DNA of 64,000 bases from Ignisphaera sp. (GCA_038831005.1 JAWBKZ010000005.1:152146-216145), one strand, 5' to 3'; positions 39,279 to 49,628 are shown, counted from the stretch's first letter. The notes: generated by a model from the letters alone, not told the origin. Numbers and translations are program-made.

Positions 39279-40469
39279 CTATACAACTATCTTACCTATA
39301 ATTGTGTCAGGATCCTTTAACGCATGACCTGTCGCTATAAGTACCACAAGACTATCCCTATCAATTCCACCCTCTTTCTCGCATTTCATCAGCCCAGCTA
39401 AGGATGCTGCACTTGCAGGTTCTACCCCTAGTCCTTCAACTCTAGCCAATAGTTTCATTGCGTTAATTATTTCTTCATCGCTAACGTCAATGAAGAAACC
39501 GTGAGACTCTTTAACGGCTTTGAATGCCTTAGGCCAATTGATTGGTCTCCCGATTCTTATGGCCGAGGCGATAGTATTTGGTTTATCCACATACAGAGGT
39601 TCAGAAAGTCTTTCTCTCCATGCTGATGCTAGTGGTGCTGCTCCTTCCGCTTGAACCCCTATCATCTTAGGAAGTTTGTCTATGTAACCAAAGCTATAGA
39701 GCTCTTTGAATCCTTTCCATATGGCTGAAATATTTCCTGCATTACCAACCGGTACTATCACATAATCTGGTACCTTTCCAAGTTCATCTACTATCTCGTA
39801 GGCTATTGTTTTTTGTCCCTCTAGACGCCATGGATTATAGGAATTTAGTGGATACATATTCTTAAACTCGCCATCTGCAATAGATTCAAATACTTCTTCA
39901 AGAGCGTTATCGAATGATCCCTCTACCTCTTTGATCTCGGCACCATGTAGAAGAGCTTGAGCTATTTTACCTTTAGCAACAGATCCTTTAGGTAGAACTA
40001 CAATACACCTAAGTCCAGCTCTAGCTGCATAAGCAGCTGCTGAAGCGGCTGTATTTCCTGTACTTGCTACTACTACACCATCAACATTTACGTATTTCGC
40101 TATAGTTACTCCTACAGTCATTCCACGATCCTTAAAACTACCTGTGGGGTTAGCTCCTTCAAATTTTATATAGGTGTTAGGTATAGCTACGTGTTTTCTC
40201 TCATATAGGTTTAAAGCCTTAATTAATGGTGTACCTCCCTCACACATTGTTACAGGTTCTACATCATCTCTTATGGGTAATAACTCTCTGTATCTCCATA
40301 CACCGAATCGCCTAATCTTAGCCTTGTTCCATTCAAACTTCACATTATTAATGACAACATCTAATAATGAACCACATTTAGGGCACATAAATAATCTGGG
40401 AAGCGGTGCATATTCATGTCCACATTTGGTACATCTTAGAAATACTTCCTCTTTTACAACTCTATACAT
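39279..40469 (-). CDS. thrC: threonine synthase
   Basis: An N-terminal zinc ribbon (CTKCGHEY...CPKCGS), the PLP-lysine motif NPTGSFKDRG and a Gly-rich loop (VASTGNTAAS). Confidence 0.9.
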   Translation of the reverse strand: MYRVVKEEVFLRCTKCGHEYAPLPRLFMCPKCGSLLDVVINNVKFEWNKAKIRRFGVWRYRELLPIRDDVEPVTMCEGGTPLIKALNLYERKHVAIPNTYIKFEGANPTGSFKDRGMTVGVTIAKYVNVDGVVVASTGNTAASAAAYAARAGLRCIVVLPKGSVAKGKIAQALLHGAEIKEVEGSFDNALEEVFESIADGEFKNMYPLNSYNPWRLEGQKTIAYEIVDELGKVPDYVIVPVGNAGNISAIWKGFKELYSFGYIDKLPKMIGVQAEGAAPLASAWRERLSEPLYVDKPNTIASAIRIGRPINWPKAFKAVKESHGFFIDVSDEEIINAMKLLARVEGLGVEPASAASLAGLMKCEKEGGIDRDSLVVLIATGHALKDPDTIIGKIVV

Positions 40470-40574
40470 ATTGAATTCAGTATTTATGTTTCCAAGATAT
40501 TCACCAAGTTATTCCTATACTACGTATAGGGGTTAAAAAACTTACTATACCTTAATTATGTGAACTACAAGTTC

Positions 40575-41621
40575 TTATCTAAGTGAAGCATACAAAATTT
40601 TGTTTAGTTCTTCTGTTACCGCTTTAGCTACATCTCTCGTTTTATAGTTTCCCCCGAGATCAGGTGTCCAAATCTTTTTATCCTCTATAACGGTATAGAT
40701 AGAGTTCTCTAATGCTCTAGTCTTTTCAATAAGGGTTGAATCGCTGTATCTTTGAGCTAGGTACTCAAGCATCATTTTAGCAGCCATCATCGCTCCTACG
40801 GGATTAGCTATACCTTTACTAGCTATATCCATAGCGACACCATGTATAGGCTCAAAAACACCTATTGTATCACCTATTAACGCTGATCCGCATAGACCTA
40901 GGCTTCCCATAAGTCCTCCAACTAGGTCTGAAAGTATATCGCCATAAAGGTTGGGTGTAACGAGAATCTGTAGATCTTCAGGATTTTTGACAAGCATGTA
41001 AGCCGCAGTATCAACTATAATCTCATTAGCCGCTATATCTGGATAATTCTTAGCAACATCAAAGAATATCCTCCTAAATAGTCCATCACTTACCTTAAGT
41101 ATATTTGCTTTATGCACTACTGATACCTTCTTAAATCCAAGAAGTTTTGCGTATCTAAAAGCTAGATCACATATCCTTCTAGACCCCTTCTCACTTATGA
41201 TTCTTAATGAGATTGCTATATTGTTAAACATGCCCTCTATACCTACGTATTCACCTTCGGTATTCTCCCTAAAGATAACTATATTGAACACTTTCTGAGA
41301 AACACCACGAAAACTCTTGAAAGGACGTATATTTGCATAGAGATCTAGCTCTTTCCTAATAAGTATATTTACACTCTTGAAATTAGGGTCATGAGGAGGT
41401 GTGTAGAGAGGACCCTTCAAAACTGCATCAAGATTTCTAATAGTATCAAAGAATGTATCTTCTACTGCTTTACCTGTTTTCTTATAGTATTCGTATCCTG
41501 CAGAAATCTCTACAAAATCTATACCTGGATTAAGGTGCTGAAGAACTTCTAATGTCGAATCAATTATTTCGGGACCTATTCCATCGCCTCTAATAACACC
41601 TATCTTGTACCTCTTTGCCAT
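40575..41621 (-). CDS. 3-isopropylmalate / homoisocitrate dehydrogenase family enzyme
   Basis: GDGIGPEI, RENTEGEY and NLYGDILSD motifs; 348 aa. Substrate specificity cannot be decided from the sequence alone. Confidence 0.85.
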   Translation of the reverse strand: MAKRYKIGVIRGDGIGPEIIDSTLEVLQHLNPGIDFVEISAGYEYYKKTGKAVEDTFFDTIRNLDAVLKGPLYTPPHDPNFKSVNILIRKELDLYANIRPFKSFRGVSQKVFNIVIFRENTEGEYVGIEGMFNNIAISLRIISEKGSRRICDLAFRYAKLLGFKKVSVVHKANILKVSDGLFRRIFFDVAKNYPDIAANEIIVDTAAYMLVKNPEDLQILVTPNLYGDILSDLVGGLMGSLGLCGSALIGDTIGVFEPIHGVAMDIASKGIANPVGAMMAAKMMLEYLAQRYSDSTLIEKTRALENSIYTVIEDKKIWTPDLGGNYKTRDVAKAVTEELNKILYASLR

Positions 41622-42130
41622 GGAGGACCGCCATATCTCTTAATGTGCTCTATAATGCCTCCCGCTTCAACTATAACAGCTAGTTCTCCTGGAAAAGGAG
41701 CTATCAATTCTTCAATATCTTTAGTTAAGTTCTTTACCACACCTTTACTAATATCTATCTCCACAATATCTCCTGTCTCAGTAACGTCAGGTATTTTTTG
41801 TGCAACAATAACGGGTAGTCCTATATTTATTGAGTTTCTGTAGAATATATGAGCAAAACTTTTTGCAACTATGGCTGCCACACCAACGATCTTCAGAAGC
41901 CTTGGAGCTTGTTCTCTGCTTGATCCTTTCCCAAAATTTCTTCCAGCAACTATTATATCTCCCTTACTGACTTTTTTGTAGAATTCTGGAATAACTTCCT
42001 CGAGAACGTGTGGAACCATAGCCTCTATTTTATCAATAGCACTAAACTTATATTTACCCGATATTATATGGTCTGTACTTATATTGTCACCTAATTTCCA
42101 ACATCTGCCTCTTATAATCAAGTTTACCAC
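41600..42130 (-). CDS. aconitase-family small subunit (LeuD/HacB-like)
   Basis: 176 aa with GRNFGKGSSREQAP, the swivel-domain signature. It overlaps the downstream dehydrogenase gene by 22 nt. Confidence 0.85.
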   Translation of the reverse strand: MVNLIIRGRCWKLGDNISTDHIISGKYKFSAIDKIEAMVPHVLEEVIPEFYKKVSKGDIIVAGRNFGKGSSREQAPRLLKIVGVAAIVAKSFAHIFYRNSINIGLPVIVAQKIPDVTETGDIVEIDISKGVVKNLTKDIEELIAPFPGELAVIVEAGGIIEHIKRYGGPPWQRGTR

Positions 42131-42132
42131 CT

Positions 42133-43395
42133 CTAAGAAAGATATTTCCTAGGGTCAGCTATCTTTCCTTCGATAGCTGAAGCTACAGCTACTGCTGGTG
42201 ATGATAAATAGACTTTGCTGTTCTTGTGCCCCATTCTTCCAGGAAAGTTTCTATTTGTTGTTGATACTGCTATCTCATCTTCACCTAATATCCCCATGTG
42301 GGCTCCTACACAAGGTCCACATGTAGGTGGTGCTATGACACATCCAGCTTCAACGATAATATCTATGTATCCTCTTTTAAGAGCCTCTATATATACTCTT
42401 CGTGAAGCTGGTGAAACAATACATCTAACGTTTCTATGGACCTTTCTCTTATTTAGTATTCGGGCAACTATTTCCATATCTTCAAGCCTACCATTAGTAC
42501 AAGATCCTACGAACACTTGATCTATTTCAACATTACCAACTTCATTTACTGTAACAACATTATCTACATCTGGTGGTGCTGCTACAACAGGCTCTATCTT
42601 ATCTACCTCGAATATAGCCTCATCAATGAAATTCGATCTCTTTGAATCATAGTCTATGAACCTGTAATGCGTTATATTTCTCTCCTTAAGCCAAGCGTTA
42701 GTTACATCATCAACAGGTATAACAGCAGATTCCGCACTCATTTCTGTACACATATTGGTTAGTGTGAGTCTAGCATCCATAGATAGATGTCTAAGTGTAT
42801 CACCATGGAATTCTACAGCTTTACCTATCATTCCATCTGTACCAAATTCACCTATGACACTAAGTATTATGTCTTTAGACATCACACCTATTTGGGGAAC
42901 CCCCACCAAAACTATCTTCATTGTTGGTGGAACCCTTACCCATTGCTTCCCATAGGCTGTAGCTATAGCTGCATCAGTACTTCCAACTCCAAGCGCGAAA
43001 AGACCTAGAGCACCTACGGTAGGTGTATGGCTATCTGCCCCCATAACAATCATACCGGGTCTTACAATACCTTCATCAACAACAACCTGATGACATATCC
43101 CACTACCTACATCATATACACGTACACCATGTTTTTTACCAAATTTCCTCATCTCCTTATGAACAGTAGCTGCAGATACATGAGGCGCTGGTGATGAGTG
43201 ATCTATAAAGAAGAATGTTCTATCTGAAGCCAAAAGCTTATCAATACCGAGTTCTCTTTCTATAACATCTATAACTAATGGTGCTGTACCATCTTGAGCA
43301 TATATGACATCTACGTCAACTACTGTTATGTCTCCTGGTACAACATCTTTACCTACTACTCTAGATAGGAGTACATCTATTAGACCCAAAGTCAT
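42133..43395 (-). CDS. aconitase-family large subunit (LeuC/HacA-like)
   Basis: 420 aa with Fe-S ligand cysteines in GSCTNGR and PTCGPCVG, and DSHT in MGADSHTPT. Confidence 0.85.
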   Translation of the reverse strand: MTLGLIDVLLSRVVGKDVVPGDITVVDVDVIYAQDGTAPLVIDVIERELGIDKLLASDRTFFFIDHSSPAPHVSAATVHKEMRKFGKKHGVRVYDVGSGICHQVVVDEGIVRPGMIVMGADSHTPTVGALGLFALGVGSTDAAIATAYGKQWVRVPPTMKIVLVGVPQIGVMSKDIILSVIGEFGTDGMIGKAVEFHGDTLRHLSMDARLTLTNMCTEMSAESAVIPVDDVTNAWLKERNITHYRFIDYDSKRSNFIDEAIFEVDKIEPVVAAPPDVDNVVTVNEVGNVEIDQVFVGSCTNGRLEDMEIVARILNKRKVHRNVRCIVSPASRRVYIEALKRGYIDIIVEAGCVIAPPTCGPCVGAHMGILGEDEIAVSTTNRNFPGRMGHKNSKVYLSSPAVAVASAIEGKIADPRKYLS

Positions 43396-43443
43396 ACACC
43401 AGAACGGAATTGTTAGTGATATAAATGATTTGGTACCTTTTTC

Positions 43444-44736
43444 TTACTTGAATAGCTCGGGAAAATGCTTCTTGACGAATTTCTCCACTTCTTCATCTGT
43501 TAGAGGTTCTGTTCTTCCTGATTTATTAAAGTAATCAACAATATCATTGTATGTTTCAATCACTCTGGGATCATCCTTACTTATACCATTACAGCCGAGG
43601 TAATTTCTCATCCATAATACTATAGCTGATCTACCTGCATAAGGTGTTATAGATACCGAATAAGGTATACCTAAGATCTTTATAGGATCAAATGGTAGAT
43701 ATACCTCGGGATTCTTCATAAGTCCATCAACATGTATTCCAGCTTTGGTTCTAAAGGCATTTTTGCCGAGTATGGGATAATGGTCTACGGCTCTATACCC
43801 CATCTTCTCAAAAACTTCAGGTATCTTAGATATTGCTCTGAGATTGATATCTTGTGATCCTTTTATACCTGCATAATGTATGGTCATGATCTCTAGAGGA
43901 CAGTTACCAGATCTTTCACCTATACCGAATATAGTACAGTTAGCTGCTGCTGCTCCATACATCCATGCCGCGATCTGGTTGGCTACAGCAAGACCTAGGT
44001 CGTTGTGTGCATGGAACTCTATATACTCTTGTGGAATCCCTAAGCTTCTTATAGTCTTCACTATCCTCGGTATGCTTCTCGGCAATGACACTTCATAGAA
44101 AGGTAGCCCTAATCCGAGGGTATCTGGTAACTTTATTTTTACGGGAACTCCATATCTTTCACTAAGCTCTAACAGTTTTTTAATAAAAGGAATGACAACC
44201 CCATGGATATCGGCTCTAGTTATATCCTCAAGAGATGCTCTTACAGCTATTCCACGGCTTAGAGCCTTCTCAATAACCTCTAGATACTTCTTAATAGCTT
44301 CCTCACGTGTTACACCAAACTTGTATCTTATGTGGTAATCTGATATAGATGTGAGCATTACCGTTTCATCTAAACCTGCGTCTACAACTAGTTGTAAATC
44401 AGAATGTGTAGCCCTAATCCAGCCTATCACCTTAGGATACTCATAGCCGTAACTAATTAACCTTTTGGCAGCTTCTCTATCCTTATCAGTATACAGAAAT
44501 ACTTCGGTACTTATTATAGCTCTGCCGATATCTACTAAAAGTTCGTATATTTTCTCACATTCTTCTATACTAAACATCCTCCATCCTTGCTGACCGTCCC
44601 TCAATGTTGTATCTGTTAAATGTATCTTGCTAAGGTTTTCAGTTACTTCACGATCATCTATACGACCTACGTGTGGGACATCATGAAATGGATATATATC
44701 TCTAAAAAATACCCCATTGTTATATGTGCTATCCAT
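43444..44736 (-). CDS. LeuA/HMGL-family 2-oxoacid:acetyl-CoA synthase of uncertain specificity
   Basis: TIM-barrel motifs DTTLRDGQQGW (QQ instead of the usual EQ), HAHNDLGLAVAN and GIGERSGN. It has an N-terminal extension of about 40 aa and no LeuA-type C-terminal regulatory domain (430 aa). Confidence 0.75.
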   Translation of the reverse strand: MDSTYNNGVFFRDIYPFHDVPHVGRIDDREVTENLSKIHLTDTTLRDGQQGWRMFSIEECEKIYELLVDIGRAIISTEVFLYTDKDREAAKRLISYGYEYPKVIGWIRATHSDLQLVVDAGLDETVMLTSISDYHIRYKFGVTREEAIKKYLEVIEKALSRGIAVRASLEDITRADIHGVVIPFIKKLLELSERYGVPVKIKLPDTLGLGLPFYEVSLPRSIPRIVKTIRSLGIPQEYIEFHAHNDLGLAVANQIAAWMYGAAAANCTIFGIGERSGNCPLEIMTIHYAGIKGSQDINLRAISKIPEVFEKMGYRAVDHYPILGKNAFRTKAGIHVDGLMKNPEVYLPFDPIKILGIPYSVSITPYAGRSAIVLWMRNYLGCNGISKDDPRVIETYNDIVDYFNKSGRTEPLTDEEVEKFVKKHFPELFK

Positions 44737-44993
44737 ACCGATCTCCCTCGTAATATTAACGATCTGAGGCAGGATTCTCCTACTCCAAATTTATATATAT
44801 AGCGATAATGGCTATGTGCAGAAACATGTATCTCTATGGTGTGGAACCCGTACCTATGCATGTACTTCTCATTAAAGTTCGGTACATTAATGCCTTCTAG
44901 AACAAGGATCAACTTAGTTCTCTCTTTATTCAGCTAAGCTTATATAACCCACAGTTACAAGCAATGATTTGGTGAATCACTTTTGTCGATAAA

Positions 44994-45911
44994 TTGCGTG
45001 CATTAATAGTTGATAAAGTATCAGAAAAAACAATAAACAAACTTAGAGATAGAGCTATAGATGTTGATTATAGACCTGGAATTGACTACAAATCTCTTCT
45101 TGAGATAGTTGAACAGTACGATATACTTGTATTCAGAGGCCGTCTCGAGATAGATAAAGAGGTTATCGCTAGAGGAAAAAGATTAAAGGTACTCGCTAGA
45201 TATGGTATAGGCCTAGATAACGTTGATGTTGATTATGCGGTTAGCAAGGGTATAGCTATTGTAAATGCTCCACAAGCATCATGTATAAGTGTTGCTGAAC
45301 TAACAATAGGGCTTATGATCACTGCTGCTCGGAATCTGCATCTCTATATTGATGGAGTTAAGAAAGGTGAATGGCCCAAGGGTCGTTATGGAGGCCTAGA
45401 GCTTTATGGAAAGACTATTGGCGTAGTAGGGTTTGGAAAAATAGGTAGCAGGGTTGGTATGTATGCCAAGGCTATGGGCATGAAGCTCTTAGTACATGAT
45501 GTAAGGAACATCAATTTAGAGATGTCTGTTATCGGTGGAAAACAAGTGGATCTTGAAACGCTTCTTAAGGAAAGTCATATCATATCACTCCATGTACCAT
45601 TAACTCCACAGACATACCATATGATTAACGATCATGCATTATCTCTAGTTAGAGACGGAGCGATAATCGTGAACACGAGCAGAGGTGAAGTCATAGATAG
45701 TGTTGCTCTCTTAAAACATATAGATAGACTTGGAGGTGTAGCTCTTGATGTTCTTGAAGAAGAACCTCCAAGATCTCCTCATCTCCTCGAGCTCATAAAA
45801 CATCCCAAAGTTATAGTCACACCGCACATTGGTGCTGAAACTATTGAAGCTCTAGAGAAAATATCTGATGAACTTATCGAAAACATTATGGAGGCGATTA
45901 GATGGAGATGA
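44994..45911 (+). CDS. serA: D-3-phosphoglycerate dehydrogenase / D-2-hydroxyacid dehydrogenase (short form)
   Basis: NAD-binding GVVGFGKIGSRVG and catalytic region NTSRGEVID...TPHIGA. TTG start, 305 aa, no ACT domain. Confidence 0.75.
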   Translation: MRALIVDKVSEKTINKLRDRAIDVDYRPGIDYKSLLEIVEQYDILVFRGRLEIDKEVIARGKRLKVLARYGIGLDNVDVDYAVSKGIAIVNAPQASCISVAELTIGLMITAARNLHLYIDGVKKGEWPKGRYGGLELYGKTIGVVGFGKIGSRVGMYAKAMGMKLLVHDVRNINLEMSVIGGKQVDLETLLKESHIISLHVPLTPQTYHMINDHALSLVRDGAIIVNTSRGEVIDSVALLKHIDRLGGVALDVLEEEPPRSPHLLELIKHPKVIVTPHIGAETIEALEKISDELIENIMEAIRWR

Positions 45912-46930
45912 AGTTTCTCACCCCAGGTCCTGTCCAATTACCAAAGAAGGTTATAGAAGCTACAGCAAGACAACCAGAATTCCATAGAATTGATGAATTT
46001 AGAAAAACCCTTAGAAGAGTTCTAGACAATTTAACTAAGGTCTACAAAGGAATTCCCATTATAGCACCTGGCACAGGTACATTTGCTGTAGATGCTGCCA
46101 TATACAATTACATAGATCCAGGAGAAGAGGTAGTCGCTATAGTTCATGGAGAGTTTGGTGAAAGAATGTCTGAAGCAGCTAAATCCAGGGGTACAAAGGT
46201 TTATGAGCTTAGGTACCGTATACATCCACCACCACCAGATGTTGTCGAAGATTTTGTTAAGAAGCTGAAAAACGTAAAAGCCATAACAGTAGTACATAAC
46301 GAGACTAGTGTGGGTGTAACCAATAGATATCTAGATAAACTACAGAAAATAGCTGAAGGATTAGGAGCAATATTAATAGTTGATAGTGTTTCAGCATTAC
46401 CTGCTGAACCAATAAGACATAGAGTTGATGTAGTTGCAACAGCTACACAAAAAGCCTTTATGGCGCCTCCAGGAGGAGCCATAATCTACATTAATGTAGA
46501 GCCAAGAGCAAAATCACCTATCCCACCATCAATGAGTCTCAGAAAATTCATAGAGAGACTCGATAAAGCAGATCCCCCATACACACCACCTATAAACGTT
46601 ATATATGGACTGGATGCAGCTCTAGAGATTATATTGGATATGGGGATAGAGACATACCATGAACTACATAAACAGAAAGCTGAGCTGCTATATAAATCAC
46701 TTAAATTGAAACCTGTAGCAGAAGAGCCATTGAGAAGCTACACAGTAACGGCATTCTATGCTGATAAGCCCACGGATATAATTAATGAACTAAAGAAGCA
46801 TGGCTATGTGATTGCTGGAGGTATGGGTGAGCTAAAGAACAATACCATAAGGATAGGAGTTATGGGAGATATAAGTGTAGAAGATCTAAAGAAAGTTATA
46901 GAGGTTGTTAATAGTCTTGTGGATCGATAA
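45902..46930 (+). CDS. class V aminotransferase (phosphoserine/serine-glyoxylate aminotransferase type)
   Basis: 342 aa with the PLP-lysine region ATATQKAFMAPPGG. It overlaps serA by 10 nt. Confidence 0.8.
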   Translation: MEMKFLTPGPVQLPKKVIEATARQPEFHRIDEFRKTLRRVLDNLTKVYKGIPIIAPGTGTFAVDAAIYNYIDPGEEVVAIVHGEFGERMSEAAKSRGTKVYELRYRIHPPPPDVVEDFVKKLKNVKAITVVHNETSVGVTNRYLDKLQKIAEGLGAILIVDSVSALPAEPIRHRVDVVATATQKAFMAPPGGAIIYINVEPRAKSPIPPSMSLRKFIERLDKADPPYTPPINVIYGLDAALEIILDMGIETYHELHKQKAELLYKSLKLKPVAEEPLRSYTVTAFYADKPTDIINELKKHGYVIAGGMGELKNNTIRIGVMGDISVEDLKKVIEVVNSLVDR

Positions 46931-47723
46931 CGGTTTATGTAAACTGTGTCTAATATACTCTAGATCAAAAGACATGATAAATCTAAAGAAGGTTGAGTTA
47001 CTCGATAAAATGCTGATAGAGCTGGCCAACATAATCAGGAAAAACTACAGTAGAACATATGCTTTCACTTACTCCTTTAACATAGTGAAACAGCTTACAG
47101 AAAACCTTGATCCTTATAGAGATGTCAAAAAAGAGCTAAATGAAACAGGTAGAAGGCTTTCAGTTATCGTAGAGAAATACTTGGAAAGCGTTGGGTGGAA
47201 TCTTCGTGAAGCTCTAAGGATATCTGCTGCAGCAAATATTGTTGATACATCTGTTCTGGGCTACGAAGCTAAGAACATAGAGGAGTGTATATGGGATAAA
47301 CCTGTTATTGAGGAAGAGGTCGAGGTTCCAAAGAATATAGATGTGTATATCGTGCTCGATAATGCAGGTGAAGCTGCTATAGATTTACTGCTCGCTAAAG
47401 CACTTAAGCTAAATGGTTATAGGGTCTCTATAGTAGTTAGAAAAGAGAGCTATGAAATAGATATTCTGCGAAATGATATCGAACTCAACGATATAGATGT
47501 TATTGAAACCTATGGAAACTTATCACCCGTACTATACATAGATAAAGGTTTTGTTATAGCCAAAGGTATAGCTAATGCTGAAGCATATATAGAGGGAGGG
47601 AAAACACCATCTCTCCATCTACTAAGAGCTAAATGCGATGTGATTGCAAGACTGTTTAAAGTGCCTAAAAATTCTGTACTCATAGTAACTGGCGAAACAC
47701 TTAAGAAAGCCTTCAGCAACTAA
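46905..47723 (+). CDS. DUF89 (ARMT1-like) metal-dependent phosphatase
   Basis: YIVLDNAGEAAIDLLLAKAL and VIAKGIANAEAY...LLRAKCDVIA match DUF89 subfamily motifs (DNAGE, KGxxNxE, AKC). The probable start is the ATG at 46974. Confidence 0.7.
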   Translation: MLIVLWIDNGLCKLCLIYSRSKDMINLKKVELLDKMLIELANIIRKNYSRTYAFTYSFNIVKQLTENLDPYRDVKKELNETGRRLSVIVEKYLESVGWNLREALRISAAANIVDTSVLGYEAKNIEECIWDKPVIEEEVEVPKNIDVYIVLDNAGEAAIDLLLAKALKLNGYRVSIVVRKESYEIDILRNDIELNDIDVIETYGNLSPVLYIDKGFVIAKGIANAEAYIEGGKTPSLHLLRAKCDVIARLFKVPKNSVLIVTGETLKKAFSN

Positions 47724-47754
47724 TCTTACAAAAATATGATACTTAACTAGGCTT

Positions 47755-48903
47755 TCATCCTCTAATTGGAGGTAAGACGAACTTATTTCTTATGAGATAC
47801 TTATCGATAAGATCTACAGCCTTTCTTCTCTTCAGCTGATGATCTTTTACAAACCTTGAGACTCTTTCAGCTAACTCTTTTTTGCACTCACCACATAGAA
47901 TGTTTCCTAGTTTGCAAGAGTCGTATCGTTCAAAAAGCTTCTGATCATCTTCCTCGAACATCATCTCATACATCTTGTACACTGGACATAGATCTGGATT
48001 TCCGCCCAATTTTCTTTGGAGATCTATTGTAGGTTGCCCACCAGTATATGACCTCAAGATCTTTTTATACGCTACTTCAGGTGGATCTGTTGTATATACT
48101 GCTGATTCAGGTTTAGATGAAGACATTTTTCCACCAATGTCTAGACCCGGGAGAAGCTTACAATGTATTTGCGCAGGCTTTGGATAGCCTAACGATGGAG
48201 CTATATCTCTAGCTATCCTCCAGTAAGGATCTTGATCTATGGCCGCCGGAATCAATACCTCTGTAGGTTCATTAAATAGATCCGTTGGTAGAAAAGCTAC
48301 AGCTATCTGCAGAACGGGGTAAAAGATCATGCCAACGTTTGTTGATTCCGTGAACCCAAATGTTGATCTCTGTGTAGAAAACGTTATCTTCTTTGCCACT
48401 CTAACAGCTATGGGGTATAGATATCGTATGTCTTCTGTATCTATTATAACATGGGTTTTGTTTACATCCATACCCAGAGCTATTAAGTCCAGCATATTCT
48501 CGTATGCGTAACTGTTGTATTCCTCTAAACTTTTCTCATTGCCATGTAGAAATTTTTCGTCATCAGTCATCTGGAAAAAGAGATGAAGGTTCATTCTATC
48601 TTGTAACCATTTTGTAAAAATCCATGGAAGTAGATGACCCAGGTGAGTAGAACCTGAGGGACCTCGACCTGTGTAAAGGATACACCTCCTACCCTCACCA
48701 TATTTGTTTAGGTATATATCGAGATCTCTATGAGAGTAGAATACCCTTCTTCGAAGCATCATATGGTCTCCATTTGCGTACTTCCTGAGCATATCTACTT
48801 CTTGTTCTGATAGAGGTTTTGCTCCAAATACTTTTATCAATTTGTCGTAATCTACAAATGCTTCAGCTTCCCAAGGCGTTACATGGATCTCGCTTTCAGC
48901 CAC
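47755..48903 (-). CDS. trpS: tryptophanyl-tRNA synthetase
   Basis: Class I motifs GSTHLGHLLP (HIGH) and KMSSSKP (KMSKS); 382 aa, archaeal/eukaryotic type. Confidence 0.9.
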   Translation of the reverse strand: MAESEIHVTPWEAEAFVDYDKLIKVFGAKPLSEQEVDMLRKYANGDHMMLRRRVFYSHRDLDIYLNKYGEGRRCILYTGRGPSGSTHLGHLLPWIFTKWLQDRMNLHLFFQMTDDEKFLHGNEKSLEEYNSYAYENMLDLIALGMDVNKTHVIIDTEDIRYLYPIAVRVAKKITFSTQRSTFGFTESTNVGMIFYPVLQIAVAFLPTDLFNEPTEVLIPAAIDQDPYWRIARDIAPSLGYPKPAQIHCKLLPGLDIGGKMSSSKPESAVYTTDPPEVAYKKILRSYTGGQPTIDLQRKLGGNPDLCPVYKMYEMMFEEDDQKLFERYDSCKLGNILCGECKKELAERVSRFVKDHQLKRRKAVDLIDKYLIRNKFVLPPIRG

Positions 48904-48950
48904 AAAAACTTATCACCAGTATTTCAGCCAAATAGTGAAGGTTAAAAAGC

Positions 48951-49628
48951 TTAAGGCAGCAGTGATAGTTGTGCAAATCTCTTTAGAACTATGTTTAGCC
49001 CAAACACAAGTAATAGAGCTCCTAAAAAGACCATGAGTAGATAGTAACCCCTAGCTCCAACAAGTTGTGTTCCTCTCTTGCTTGTTTCTGCAACAAGAAT
49101 GAGCCAAGCAAAATCTATCCATACATGGCTTAGATACATTATACCGATAGCAGTTAAACCCATATCAGATATGTACATTAGGAGTCCAAAGCCTATACTA
49201 AGCCACCAAAGGAGAAACCATATGTTTAATCCCGTAAAAACAATACCTACTAAGACGGGGCTATTTGAGAACTTTATCCACTTGCTATCAGTATTTCCAT
49301 CTATAGATACGTGATATCCAACTGCTCTCAATTTTTTAAATGAGTCTTTTAGAAGCATTACAGCAAAGAATACAACTGTTCCTGCTCCTACAATAGTAAC
49401 TATATCACCTACAAATCCTTCTAAAAGATCTCTGATATACGATATGAAAAAGTATAACGTGAGAATATATGGTACTTCAAACATTGTATGGCCTAATGCT
49501 ATATATCCTCCCCCCTTCCATCCATACCTTGATCCTATAGCTAATGTAGCTACAGTTAAAGGTCCTGGACTTAGAGCTCCAGATGAAGAAACAGCTATTG
49601 TTGTAAAAACCAGGGCAGTAAGATCCAT
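48951..49628 (-). CDS. LysE/RhtB-family amino-acid exporter
   Basis: 225 aa with six TM helices and an N-terminal SPGPLTVATL motif. Confidence 0.65.
   Translation of the reverse strand: MDLTALVFTTIAVSSSGALSPGPLTVATLAIGSRYGWKGGGYIALGHTMFEVPYILTLYFFISYIRDLLEGFVGDIVTIVGAGTVVFFAVMLLKDSFKKLRAVGYHVSIDGNTDSKWIKFSNSPVLVGIVFTGLNIWFLLWWLSIGFGLLMYISDMGLTAIGIMYLSHVWIDFAWLILVAETSKRGTQLVGARGYYLLMVFLGALLLVFGLNIVLKRFAQLSLLP

Noticed and set aside
44667-44912. 81-aa minus-strand ORF upstream of the LeuA-family gene
   Set aside because: It overlaps the 5' end and promoter region of the 43444-44736 gene in another frame. It has no motif, and its composition is typical of a spurious ORF.
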